Source of the DNA: Candidatus Portnoybacteria bacterium RIFCSPLOWO2_01_FULL_43_11 | GTDB lineage: Bacteria > Patescibacteriota > Minisyncoccia > Portnoybacterales > UBA2143 | Direction of reading: 5' to 3' | Assembly (NCBI GenBank): GCA_001819605.1 | Contig: MHNE01000017.1 | Coordinates: 10 to 64,009, forward strand | Length of the DNA: 64,000 nucleotides | In this document: positions 28,846 through 36,953 of the stretch, one piece after another | Position numbering within the stretch: position 1 is the stretch's first letter | How the letters are laid out: every line of letters begins with the position of its first letter | Notes under the pieces: generated by a model | What the model was told of the DNA's origin: nothing | The model's database searches: none | Seen by the model: only the letters and a program-made list of their open reading frames with translations | Made by a program: the position numbers and the translations under genes

Positions 28846-29834
28846 TTTAAAAACCCTTTTCTTCTTTGCGCCTCAATCGTCAACCTAACGCCCTCGTTAA
28901 AAGCAAACTTCGGCTGATAAGCAAGTTCTTTTTGGGCTTTGACGATAGAAGAAGCGCGGCTGTCAATAAAAAATCTTAAACGGCTTTTGGTAAGAATCGG
29001 GTCAAAGCGAAAAATTTTAGACAAAAAAACAAGCGGGTATAAAACTAAAAAAGCGAACCAAACCGGAATTTTTAATTTTGGCAATTTTACATTGAGACCT
29101 TTGGCGATAATTTCTAAAAAATCTTTCAACTTTATCGTTTCTTTCCCACAAATATTATAACTCTGGCCAATAGCGCGAGAATTGTTTAAAACTGATAAAA
29201 AACCAGAAATTAAATCGTCAATGTAAACCGGATGAATAATATTTTCGCCCCGGCCGATTAAAAAGAATTTTTTATTCTGAACTGCCTTAAAAATATCCAA
29301 GACATGGAGATCACCGGGCCCATAGACAAGCCCCGGCCTTATAATGGTGGCCGGAAAGCCATTTTTAATAAATTCAAGCACTAATTTTTCGGCCTCGGAT
29401 TTGGTTTTTTCGTAAATGTTAGTCGGACTATGAGTATAGCTTTCGGTAAAAAATTCTCCCCTAAAAGGGCCGAAAACGCCAATGGTGCTTGTAAAAATAA
29501 ATTGCTTGAAATCGGGAATGCCCAAAGAGACTTCCAAAAGATTTTTTGTGCTTAAAACATGAGTCCTGTAATAAACCTCGTTTGACAAGCCGAATTTGCC
29601 CAATTGGCCGGCCAAATGAAAAATTACTTTAATCCCGGAAACAGCTTTGATTAAGGAATCTTTATCTTCCAAACTTCCTTCTGTTATTTCTAAACTGCTG
29701 TCCTTTAAATCTTTTAATCTGTCCAATCGGCTGAACTCCCTGACTAAAACTCTAACCTCGTGACCGGCCGCGATTAAAACCCTGACTAAATGAGAGCCGA
29801 TAAAACCGCTGGCGCCGGTGACTAATATTTTCAT
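28842..29834 (-). CDS. NAD-dependent nucleotide-sugar epimerase/dehydratase (extended SDR)
   Basis: MKILVTGASGFIGSHLV (GxxGxxG) and YEKTK (YxxxK). Confidence 0.85.
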   Translation of the reverse strand: MKILVTGASGFIGSHLVRVLIAAGHEVRVLVREFSRLDRLKDLKDSSLEITEGSLEDKDSLIKAVSGIKVIFHLAGQLGKFGLSNEVYYRTHVLSTKNLLEVSLGIPDFKQFIFTSTIGVFGPFRGEFFTESYTHSPTNIYEKTKSEAEKLVLEFIKNGFPATIIRPGLVYGPGDLHVLDIFKAVQNKKFFLIGRGENIIHPVYIDDLISGFLSVLNNSRAIGQSYNICGKETIKLKDFLEIIAKGLNVKLPKLKIPVWFAFLVLYPLVFLSKIFRFDPILTKSRLRFFIDSRASSIVKAQKELAYQPKFAFNEGVRLTIEAQRRKGFLK

Positions 29835-30919
29835 AGATTAGTTAACAACCTTAAACCCACTTTTAATAAAGTTGGCAGATGGCAAAGCATGTTGGTATAA
29901 GAAGCGTTAGCTAAAGGACAAAAACATTTTCTCTCCTTAATCGCCTTTCTTATACTTTTTGCTCTTTGACTTTGCCAAATCTTATTAAAATCGTAATTGG
30001 CCCGCCTTAGATCCCCCATTGATTCGCCTTTAATACAGCAGGCCCAAACATAGCCGTCCGGCGTAATCTGGACTGAAGTTATCGCCGCAAAACAAGGCAG
30101 GGCTCTTTTTTTATTTAACAGAATTTTTTTAACTAAATTATAATATTCTATTCTAAAGGCCTGAATAACTCTGTCCAAGCCGGAAAATTTTTCTTTTTTG
30201 ATTTCCGAAATCAGAAAATCTACGACTCTGATGTAATCGGCTGTTAAGGGACTTATCATGGAACCGAGAGTGTTAAGCTCCACTCTTTCTTCGGCGATTT
30301 CGGTGATAAACGGCGGCGAACCCAACTCATCTCTTATGTAGCGATAAATTTGAGGGATTTCTTTAACATTAAATTTAGAAATTACCGTATGGATTTTAAA
30401 ATCCAAATTTTTATTCCCGGCTTTTAAAGACCTTAGAGCGTTATAAGTCTTTAGGGCTTTATCAAAATTACCCGGAATCCCCCTGATTTTGTCGTGCAAA
30501 GGCCCAAAGCCGTCCAAGGACAAATTAACAACAATATCTGTTTTTGGGAGAGATTTTAAAATTTCTTCCACTCTTTTGGGGATAATTTCTGACAATAAAC
30601 CGTTGGTCGGAATAATAATCGCTTTTGGCTTGAGGTATTTGTCTATAAGTCCGCAGATTGAAACGATTTCTTTTTTTAAAAACGGTTCGCCGCCGGTTAA
30701 AATTATTTCATAAGGGAAGCGGCCGATGCTTTTAAAAATTTTTTTGTGTTCGTCCAAGTTGAGCTCCCTAACCGGTGTTTTTCTCCAAATGTTACAGGTT
30801 TGACAGCGGGAGTTGCAGTTATAAGTTAAACCTAAAGTGATATTAAAAGGCCCTATTTTTGGCCAGCCGAAATAATAAAAAAGATTGTAAAAAAAAATCT
30901 TGGGTATTAAATTAATCAT
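29831..30919 (-). CDS. Radical SAM protein with Cys-rich (SPASM/twitch-like) C-terminus, paralog of 3312..4430
   Basis: LTYNCNSRCQTCNIW, LTGGEPFLKKE, and C-terminal LPCFAA...WACCIKG...KCFCPLANA. Confidence 0.75.
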   Translation of the reverse strand: MINLIPKIFFYNLFYYFGWPKIGPFNITLGLTYNCNSRCQTCNIWRKTPVRELNLDEHKKIFKSIGRFPYEIILTGGEPFLKKEIVSICGLIDKYLKPKAIIIPTNGLLSEIIPKRVEEILKSLPKTDIVVNLSLDGFGPLHDKIRGIPGNFDKALKTYNALRSLKAGNKNLDFKIHTVISKFNVKEIPQIYRYIRDELGSPPFITEIAEERVELNTLGSMISPLTADYIRVVDFLISEIKKEKFSGLDRVIQAFRIEYYNLVKKILLNKKRALPCFAAITSVQITPDGYVWACCIKGESMGDLRRANYDFNKIWQSQRAKSIRKAIKERKCFCPLANASYTNMLCHLPTLLKVGLRLLTNL

Positions 30920-31811
30920 TTTTTAATTTTTTGCTTCCTTCTATGTAATCCCAGTCTAATTTTATTTTTCCTCTTTTTAAATCTCTTTTGGCCAAAAAAA
31001 CGGCGTACTGCTCGCAAAAAGCGACAATTAAAGTATAAATTATTTTAAGCGGCGTATAATCCATATGTCTTAGAACGGCCGGAATGACAAGTAAAGGATT
31101 CGTGGTTGAGACATGGTGGCCGGTTAATTTCTGAAGCTCCAAATGCCCCAAACGGATGCGCCGGCGCTGTCTAATCAAGTATTTGAAACTGGTCGGGTGC
31201 ATAATATTAACAACAGCGTGCGGCTCATAATAAATTTTATAACCCTGACTAAAAATTGTGTGCCCAATATATAAATCATCTTGAATAATGGCCGGTATCT
31301 TGTCAACCAATCCTTTTTTAATAGCGTAAAGATAGCCGGATAAGTGGCAAAAATTTTCTTTTTTCGTGCCTTCCCAAGCCGCGTGGTCAAAAAGCCGGAA
31401 GCGAAAATCCGCAATATAGCCCCAGAAAGTGTCTTTTTGATTTAAAGGAATGGTTTTTCCGCAGACCGCGCCCACCTTCGGTTTATCAAAATCAGGCAGA
31501 AGATAATCTATGGCCTTATCCCTTAACAAGCAGTCTGCGTCGGTCATCACTAAAATTTCCGACTGATTATTGGCTAAAATTAAATTTACGGCCGAGTATT
31601 TTCCTTTCCTTTCCGGCTCAATAATTAATCTAATTCTTTTATTTTTTTGAACCCAGTTATTGACAATCTCGTTCGTTTTGTCAATAGAGCCGGAGGAAAC
31701 AATAATAACCTCGTCTAAATAATGCTTTGTCTTATGGGTTAAAATATTTTCCAATAAATAGCCGATATTTCGCTCCTCATTATAGGCGCAAATACCCACT
31801 GAAAAATTCAT
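30912..31811 (-). CDS. Family 2 glycosyltransferase
   Basis: FSVGICAYNEERNI, IIVSSGSIDKT, MTDADC (DxD). Confidence 0.8.
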   Translation of the reverse strand: MNFSVGICAYNEERNIGYLLENILTHKTKHYLDEVIIVSSGSIDKTNEIVNNWVQKNKRIRLIIEPERKGKYSAVNLILANNQSEILVMTDADCLLRDKAIDYLLPDFDKPKVGAVCGKTIPLNQKDTFWGYIADFRFRLFDHAAWEGTKKENFCHLSGYLYAIKKGLVDKIPAIIQDDLYIGHTIFSQGYKIYYEPHAVVNIMHPTSFKYLIRQRRRIRLGHLELQKLTGHHVSTTNPLLVIPAVLRHMDYTPLKIIYTLIVAFCEQYAVFLAKRDLKRGKIKLDWDYIEGSKKLKND

Positions 31812-31846
31812 AAAAATATTATTTTATCCAGAAAGTTAATTCTCTA

Positions 31847-31875
31847 ATCTTAGCAGAAAAACCCTTGATTGGCAA
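31847..31875 (-). promoter_or_regulatory. Candidate sigma70-type promoter of the 23-gene array (TTGCCA-N17-TAAGAT)
   Basis: On the minus strand, TTGCCA (31875..31870) is followed by a 17-nt spacer and TAAGAT (31852..31847). It lies ~36 nt upstream of the ATG at 31811, immediately downstream of a terminator-like hairpin. Confidence 0.35.
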
Positions 31876-31878
31876 GAA

Positions 31879-31905
31879 TTTTAAAAGACAAGACCGACCG
31901 TCTTG
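31879..31905 (-). terminator. Candidate intrinsic terminator after the GT-C gene
   Basis: On the minus strand, a CAAGAC/GTCTTG 6-bp stem (31905..31900 and 31894..31889) with a 5-nt loop is followed by TCTTTTAAAA. It starts ~25 nt after the stop at 31931. Confidence 0.45.
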
Positions 31906-31930
31906 CCCTGTTTTAATACGGAACAAAACC

Positions 31931-33328
31931 CTAAAGAATACTTTGTTTCTCCTTTATGAGATATTTATTATAGAGCCAGTAAAGCCCATAAAAGAAAAAA
32001 AGAAAAAGAAACGGCTGAAATGGCAGGCGCAAACGGGCCAAAGCGGCCCAACTGGAAGCAAAAACAAAATAGCCGATAATTAAAAGCATTACTAAGGAAA
32101 TTTTTAAAAGCTCCTTTCTTAAAAACATAAAAATTATTCCTAAAAAAGCGATAAAGTCAATAAAAAGCCAGAAGCCCACGCCGATTATTCTTATCAGAAA
32201 AATCCGGTTATCTTTCATAGCTGAAGCCAAAGCCGAAAAATCCCGCTGAATAATTAAATTAGAAATATTAACTTTCTGGGCTTTATCTGCTTTAATATGC
32301 CAAAAAACCAAGATTTCCATCCAGCCGGAATCGGTTAAAACCGGGATTGATTTAATCAAATGCCATTTAAAATAACCCGAAAGATCGGCTTTTATGAGCG
32401 ATTGGGTTATTTCCTTTAAAACCGGTATGTATTTATCCTTCATTAAAATCTGGTTAAAATTTTCTACGCCGGCTTTTTCAATCGCCAAATTTTGAAGATA
32501 ATTGTCAGCTTCTATTTCTGACATTCCTTGGCTTAAAATCAAAAAATCGCGCGCCGCGGTTAAAAAATACAAATAATTAGGAAGAGTGGAAATCGCATAA
32601 TCGTTAAACTGAATTTTGTTTCTAACGCTCCAGGACGAAATAACGGCTAAAAAAACGATTAAATAAACGAGTAAAAATTTAACCAATTTTGGCTGGGTAA
32701 TTTTTGGCCAACTCATAATGACCGAACTTATAAAAATAACCGGATAAAAATATGTAACAATGGGTCTTATTAAAGCGGCTAAACCCAATAAAACCGCGGA
32801 GTAGATAATGAATTTCCATTTTTCTTCTTTCCAGAATAAAGCTAAAAAATATAAAGAGAGCATAAAAAACAGCAAAAACGGCGTCTCTGACATTACTACA
32901 TTGGGCCAAAGAATACTAAATGGTTCAAGCGCCGTAAAAATAGCGGCGGCAAAAGAAATAAAATCATTAAAAAATAATCGGCTGAATTTATAAATATAAA
33001 CAATAAATATGGAAAACATTATATTCTGCCAAAAAACAACAAAGACATACTTAGGAATAATCAGCCAGGAAACAGCCAATAAAACCGGGTAGCCCGGCGC
33101 CGGAAAAGAATGAGGCGTCAGGGGAAAATTAGACTCGCCGGTAAAAACGCCGTGGAGCAGTAAATTCAGACCCGCGTCTAAATAGCCGTCCTGGCCTTCC
33201 CTAAAACTATAATCGCCCTGAATAAAATACGAAGCCAGCATAAAAATTAAGCGCGGAATAAAAGCGATAAGAAAAATAATTATAATTTTTCTGTTGTTTT
33301 TTAACCAAGTTTTAATTTTTTCCATCAT
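31931..33328 (-). CDS. GT-C-fold membrane glycosyltransferase (PMT_2/ArnT-like)
   Basis: 465 aa, about 12 TM helices, and an N-terminal pattern typical of GT39/GT83-like proteins. It has a 4-bp overlap with the upstream radical SAM gene. Confidence 0.55.
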   Translation of the reverse strand: MMEKIKTWLKNNRKIIIIFLIAFIPRLIFMLASYFIQGDYSFREGQDGYLDAGLNLLLHGVFTGESNFPLTPHSFPAPGYPVLLAVSWLIIPKYVFVVFWQNIMFSIFIVYIYKFSRLFFNDFISFAAAIFTALEPFSILWPNVVMSETPFLLFFMLSLYFLALFWKEEKWKFIIYSAVLLGLAALIRPIVTYFYPVIFISSVIMSWPKITQPKLVKFLLVYLIVFLAVISSWSVRNKIQFNDYAISTLPNYLYFLTAARDFLILSQGMSEIEADNYLQNLAIEKAGVENFNQILMKDKYIPVLKEITQSLIKADLSGYFKWHLIKSIPVLTDSGWMEILVFWHIKADKAQKVNISNLIIQRDFSALASAMKDNRIFLIRIIGVGFWLFIDFIAFLGIIFMFLRKELLKISLVMLLIIGYFVFASSWAALARLRLPFQPFLFLFFFYGLYWLYNKYLIKEKQSIL

Positions 33329-34758
33329 TTTTTATATAAATCAAAAATAAATTTTGTCCCGATTTTTATCAGATTTAAAAATTGTCTCGGGGTTTTGGCC
33401 AGTTTTAAAATCCGCCAGAAAATTATCGGTCTTTTATAAAATTTTCCATAGGCCGAAGCGACCATCTTTGAAACTAATTCTTCGCTCAACTCCCCGGTCT
33501 TCAAACTATATTCATTCTGGCTGACTCGGGAAAAATCTTCTTCTCTTAGCCAATACCTCTCTCTGGCTTCTATAAAAAGCAAAGAGCCGGGAAACGGGGT
33601 AGCCATATAAAAATGAGCGAAAGTTAAGGGAAGTTTAAGAGCCAAATCAATGGTTTCTTTCATTGTTTCTTTATTTTCACCCGGAAAACCAAGGATAAAA
33701 TGCCCGTCAACTGCCAAACCGGCCTCGGAAGCAAGATTGGCCGCTGTTTGGGCTTGAGCAACCGTGGCCTCTCCACCTTTATTGGCTAATTTTAAAATCT
33801 GGTCGCTTCCAAATTCAATTCCAAAAATAATCTGCCAACAGCCGCTCTTTCTCATTTTTTGAAAAATTTCCAAATCAACAAAATCAACCCGGCTGTTTGA
33901 AACCCACCTGATTTTTTTATTTAAACCCTCTTCAATGATTTTATCAAGCACGGAAAATAAATATTTTCTGTCAACCGTGGCTGATTCGGTCCAGAATAAA
34001 AAATCGTAAATACCCCTATCCATATTCTCTTCTATCTCGTCAATGATTTTTTCCGGACTTCTCTGACGAATCTTTTTGCCGTAATAAGCCGCGGCGCTGC
34101 AAAACCGGCAGTTATACGGACAGCCCCGAGAGAAAACAATCAAATTAAAAGGCCGGCCGATAATCGGCATTAAGTAATCTTTAAAATCAACCCCGGACCA
34201 GTCCGGCTTTTCTAAATCATCCAAGTTTTCTATAAAGGGACGCTGGTTATTGATAATAATTTTATCTCTCTCGCGAAAGCCCAACCCTAAAATATCTGAA
34301 AGTTTCGGCTCGTTGGTTTTTAAATGATTAACCAGCTCCCGGCCAATGATTTCCGGCTCGCCTGAAATAACAAAATCTAGAGAGGGAAATCGCTCTAAAG
34401 TTTCCTTTGGCAAGGCGGTTATGTGAATGCCCAGAGCGGCAATTTTTATTTGAGGCATCTCATTTTTTACGGCCCGGGCAAACCAACCCAAGTCAGAATC
34501 AATAGTCGGCGTGGCCACGGTTAAAAAAATAATATCCGGATTAAAACTCCTTATTTTTTCCAATACTTTTTCTAATTTAAGTTTTTTCGGCGCGCAATCT
34601 AAAGTTTCTATTTGGGCCATATCCTTAATCTGACCGGCTGTCATAGCCAAACTCAAAGGCGGAAAAGGCGCTCCCCAAATATCAAACTGCTGGCACCGGC
34701 CTTCTCTAATCCATGTCTCATTTTTAGGAGTTGGCGGATTAATAAATAAAACTTTCAT
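33325..34758 (-). CDS. B12-binding-domain radical SAM protein
   Basis: MKVLFINPP, LGIHITALP, SGEPEIIGRELV, FSRGCPYNCRFCSA, and a YGKFYKRP tail. Confidence 0.85.
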   Translation of the reverse strand: MKVLFINPPTPKNETWIREGRCQQFDIWGAPFPPLSLAMTAGQIKDMAQIETLDCAPKKLKLEKVLEKIRSFNPDIIFLTVATPTIDSDLGWFARAVKNEMPQIKIAALGIHITALPKETLERFPSLDFVISGEPEIIGRELVNHLKTNEPKLSDILGLGFRERDKIIINNQRPFIENLDDLEKPDWSGVDFKDYLMPIIGRPFNLIVFSRGCPYNCRFCSAAAYYGKKIRQRSPEKIIDEIEENMDRGIYDFLFWTESATVDRKYLFSVLDKIIEEGLNKKIRWVSNSRVDFVDLEIFQKMRKSGCWQIIFGIEFGSDQILKLANKGGEATVAQAQTAANLASEAGLAVDGHFILGFPGENKETMKETIDLALKLPLTFAHFYMATPFPGSLLFIEARERYWLREEDFSRVSQNEYSLKTGELSEELVSKMVASAYGKFYKRPIIFWRILKLAKTPRQFLNLIKIGTKFIFDLYKK

Positions 34759-34792
34759 TTTTTAAAAATATGTAGCCCCGTTTAATATCAAT

Positions 34793-35473
34793 TTATTTTG
34801 TCCAAGGCCAGTATAAAGAAACAATAAAATGCCAGATAAATTTAAAACCCTGGCTGGTCTTGAGTTTTGACCGCCCGCCTTTTCGGCTAAATTCATGGCT
34901 GACCGCTTCTTTTACTCTATAACCTTTTTTTAAAGCGTTAAAAACCATTTCCTGCTCAATAACAAAATCATTTCTTTTTAAATTTAAATCTAAAAAAACA
35001 GATTTTTTTATAGCCCGAAAACCATTCTCAATATCGGTTAGATTGGTTTTCCATTTTTTATTGACAAAAACCACCAAAAGATTACTGCCGGTATTTCTGA
35101 TAAAATTATCCCAAGTGCCGTGGAGCTCCTCGCTTCCGCCAAGCATCCTTGAAGCCACGACCAAATCCGCCTGTTCCTCAATAATCGGCTGAACCAATTT
35201 GGGAATATCAGCCGGCTCATGAGAGCCGTCCGCGTCAATAAAAACAATTATGTCTCCCTTTGCCTCTTTAACGCCGCATTTATAGCCGTCTCCCTTACTT
35301 ATCTTATTATCAAGAATTACTTTAGCGCCAAGTTCTTGGGCTATTTCGCGAGTTCTGTCAGTTGAATGCCCGTCAACCACCAAAACTTCGTCGCCGTAAT
35401 TTTTAGCTTTAGCAATAACTTCCCCGATAGTTTCCTCCTCATTTTTCGCCGGTATAATAATTGAAATTTTCAT
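34793..35473 (-). CDS. Family 2 glycosyltransferase (soluble, DPM/GPG-synthase-like size)
   Basis: MKISIIIPAKNEEETI, VVDGHSTDRT, FIDADGSHEP. Confidence 0.85.
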   Translation of the reverse strand: MKISIIIPAKNEEETIGEVIAKAKNYGDEVLVVDGHSTDRTREIAQELGAKVILDNKISKGDGYKCGVKEAKGDIIVFIDADGSHEPADIPKLVQPIIEEQADLVVASRMLGGSEELHGTWDNFIRNTGSNLLVVFVNKKWKTNLTDIENGFRAIKKSVFLDLNLKRNDFVIEQEMVFNALKKGYRVKEAVSHEFSRKGGRSKLKTSQGFKFIWHFIVSLYWPWTK

Positions 35474-35569
35474 GAGTTTATATAAGTTGATTTATCTTTA
35501 AGAATAAACATCGTCAAATCTAATCTTATCTTTTAAAATAGCGTAAAAAGTTATTCACATCTAAAACTA

Positions 35570-35599
35570 TTGACAGGTATTTATATTTAATGTTAAGAT
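35570..35599 (+). promoter_or_regulatory. Candidate promoter TTGACA-N18-TAAGAT
   Basis: A perfect -35 TTGACA at 35570..35575 and TAAGAT at 35594..35599. No plus-strand CDS follows, only the structured element at 35612..35680. Confidence 0.35.
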
Positions 35600-35606
35600 A
35601 TTATCG

Positions 35607-35690
35607 GAATTACTCCTGCCTTGAACTGTCGCTTTCATAGCGCGCATTTCTTACCACAGCGTAAGAATAGAGGCAGGAGTTTTAATTTCT
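35607..35690 (+). ncRNA. Candidate small structured RNA (three-way junction plus U-tract); family unknown
   Basis: A 10-bp closing stem ACTCCTGCCT (35612..35621) / AGGCAGGAGT (35671..35680) encloses the hairpins CGCT-TTCAT-AGCG and TTCTTAC-CACAGC-GTAAGAA. It is followed by TTTTAATTTCTTC. Confidence 0.3.
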
Positions 35691-35691
35691 T

Positions 35692-36318
35692 CTAACGAGG
35701 CCAAATTTGAACATAAATCTCTTTATGGACAATAAATTTCTTATATTCATCAGCCCGTTTTTTCTTTAAAATATTTCTATTAACCACCCCAGCGATATAA
35801 TCAACTAATTGTAATAAATTATTTCCTTTTGAGCGCTGGGTTTTTATTTTCCTAATTATGGCCTTGTTGATATTTGCTTTTTCTTTTAAGTACTTTCTTA
35901 ATTCAACCTGAAAATGTTTATGACCGCTTTTATCAATTACAACCGTAGCGTTTCTTAAATACGGTTTTGCGTTTTCAAAAACTAAACTACAAGCATACTT
36001 ATATAAGGACTCTTTAACTTTAAATCCCTCGCCCCATAACTTCTCCGGATCTTTATTTAGCGCAATCCCAAAATAAAAGAAATTATAAGGAGCAATCGCC
36101 TCTAAAAACTTCAATCTTATTCTATGCGAATTTTCCTTAAAATGGAATTCAAAATTATCCGGTAATTTAATTTCTCGCCGAAGTAAATTTATCCGTTGGT
36201 CACAAGCCACGGCTTCGCCATTATCCTCAAATACAACTAATGCGACCACAAAGAATCGGCTTGAACCTCTATTTAATTTGAATCCCGGATCCCCGGACTC
36301 ATCGATAAAAACTAACAT
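35692..36318 (-). CDS. DUF3800-domain protein
   Basis: The N-terminal MLVFIDESGDPGF and C-terminal LLQLVDYIAG are characteristic of DUF3800. Confidence 0.7.
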   Translation of the reverse strand: MLVFIDESGDPGFKLNRGSSRFFVVALVVFEDNGEAVACDQRINLLRREIKLPDNFEFHFKENSHRIRLKFLEAIAPYNFFYFGIALNKDPEKLWGEGFKVKESLYKYACSLVFENAKPYLRNATVVIDKSGHKHFQVELRKYLKEKANINKAIIRKIKTQRSKGNNLLQLVDYIAGVVNRNILKKKRADEYKKFIVHKEIYVQIWPR

Positions 36319-36485
36319 ACTGTTATATTATTTACCTATCAAATTTTTCTCAACCTCTGGATAAATTTTATCTATTTCTTTTTGCGATTTTTTCGCGCAA
36401 TGATTCATGGTGTATATATTTAACACAAATTTTTAATTTGTTTAATCTGAATGAATTAAATAATCTAAATGAAGCAAAAATTATT

Positions 36486-36941
36486 TTAGATCTTACCCCA
36501 CTTAATTAGCTGTGGTGTGTTGAAGTAAATTAGAGAGAGATTCTGGGCTCGTTCAACTTTTATTTTAGAATAAAATCTATTTCCATTTGTATTTTCGTAT
36601 TCAAAATGAATTATTACGGATCTTGAAGGTTGTAGCATCTTATCATCTTTAAAGCTGATTATTTTCGAGATACCAGGACTTTTTACTCGGAGATAATCAA
36701 TAGGGCCTACAAAATTCCACAGTTCGCTTGGCACATCTTTCAATAACCCATCTTTCTCCTGTATATTCTTGGCGATATCCGTACCTATATTACGAATTCC
36801 AAGTGAATTATTGAATGGTGTCTCAATAACAACCTTTGGGCTCTTTAATACCCAATATGTTCTATAGGCAAAAATCGCGGCGAAAAAAGCGGAAAGGGCA
36901 GAAATGGATGCAATAATGATTGTGATAATATTTATTGTCAT
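36486..36941 (-). CDS. Small N-terminally membrane-anchored protein, unknown function
   Basis: N-terminal TM helix (INIITIIIASISALSAFFAAIFAY) followed by a beta-rich ~120-aa domain. It starts 12 nt downstream of the type IIG gene's stop. Confidence 0.4.
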   Translation of the reverse strand: MTINIITIIIASISALSAFFAAIFAYRTYWVLKSPKVVIETPFNNSLGIRNIGTDIAKNIQEKDGLLKDVPSELWNFVGPIDYLRVKSPGISKIISFKDDKMLQPSRSVIIHFEYENTNGNRFYSKIKVERAQNLSLIYFNTPQLIKWGKI

Positions 36942-36953
36942 ACGAATATATTT

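Noticed and set aside
31865-32083. A plus-strand 72-aa ORF that starts in the 31812..31930 intergenic region and extends into the 31931..33328 gene.
   Set aside because: Most of it is antisense to the GT-C gene, and its K-rich low-complexity translation has no start context. The region is better explained by a minus-strand terminator plus promoter.
35612-35680. A tRNA gene or purine-type riboswitch reading of the 69-nt three-way-junction element.
   Set aside because: There is no 7-bp acceptor/D/anticodon/T-arm geometry and no GTTC-type T-loop. The junction nucleotides do not match the conserved purine-riboswitch core on either strand. It is kept only as an unclassified RNA candidate.
36328-36408. 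A 26-codon minus-strand ORF (MNHCAKKSQKEIDKIYPEVEKNLIGK) just upstream of the DUF3800 gene, considered as a possible antitoxin or leader peptide.
   Set aside because: It has no Shine-Dalgarno sequence, is very short, has no motif, and lies in an A+T-rich spacer where such ORFs arise by chance. It cannot be supported from sequence alone.
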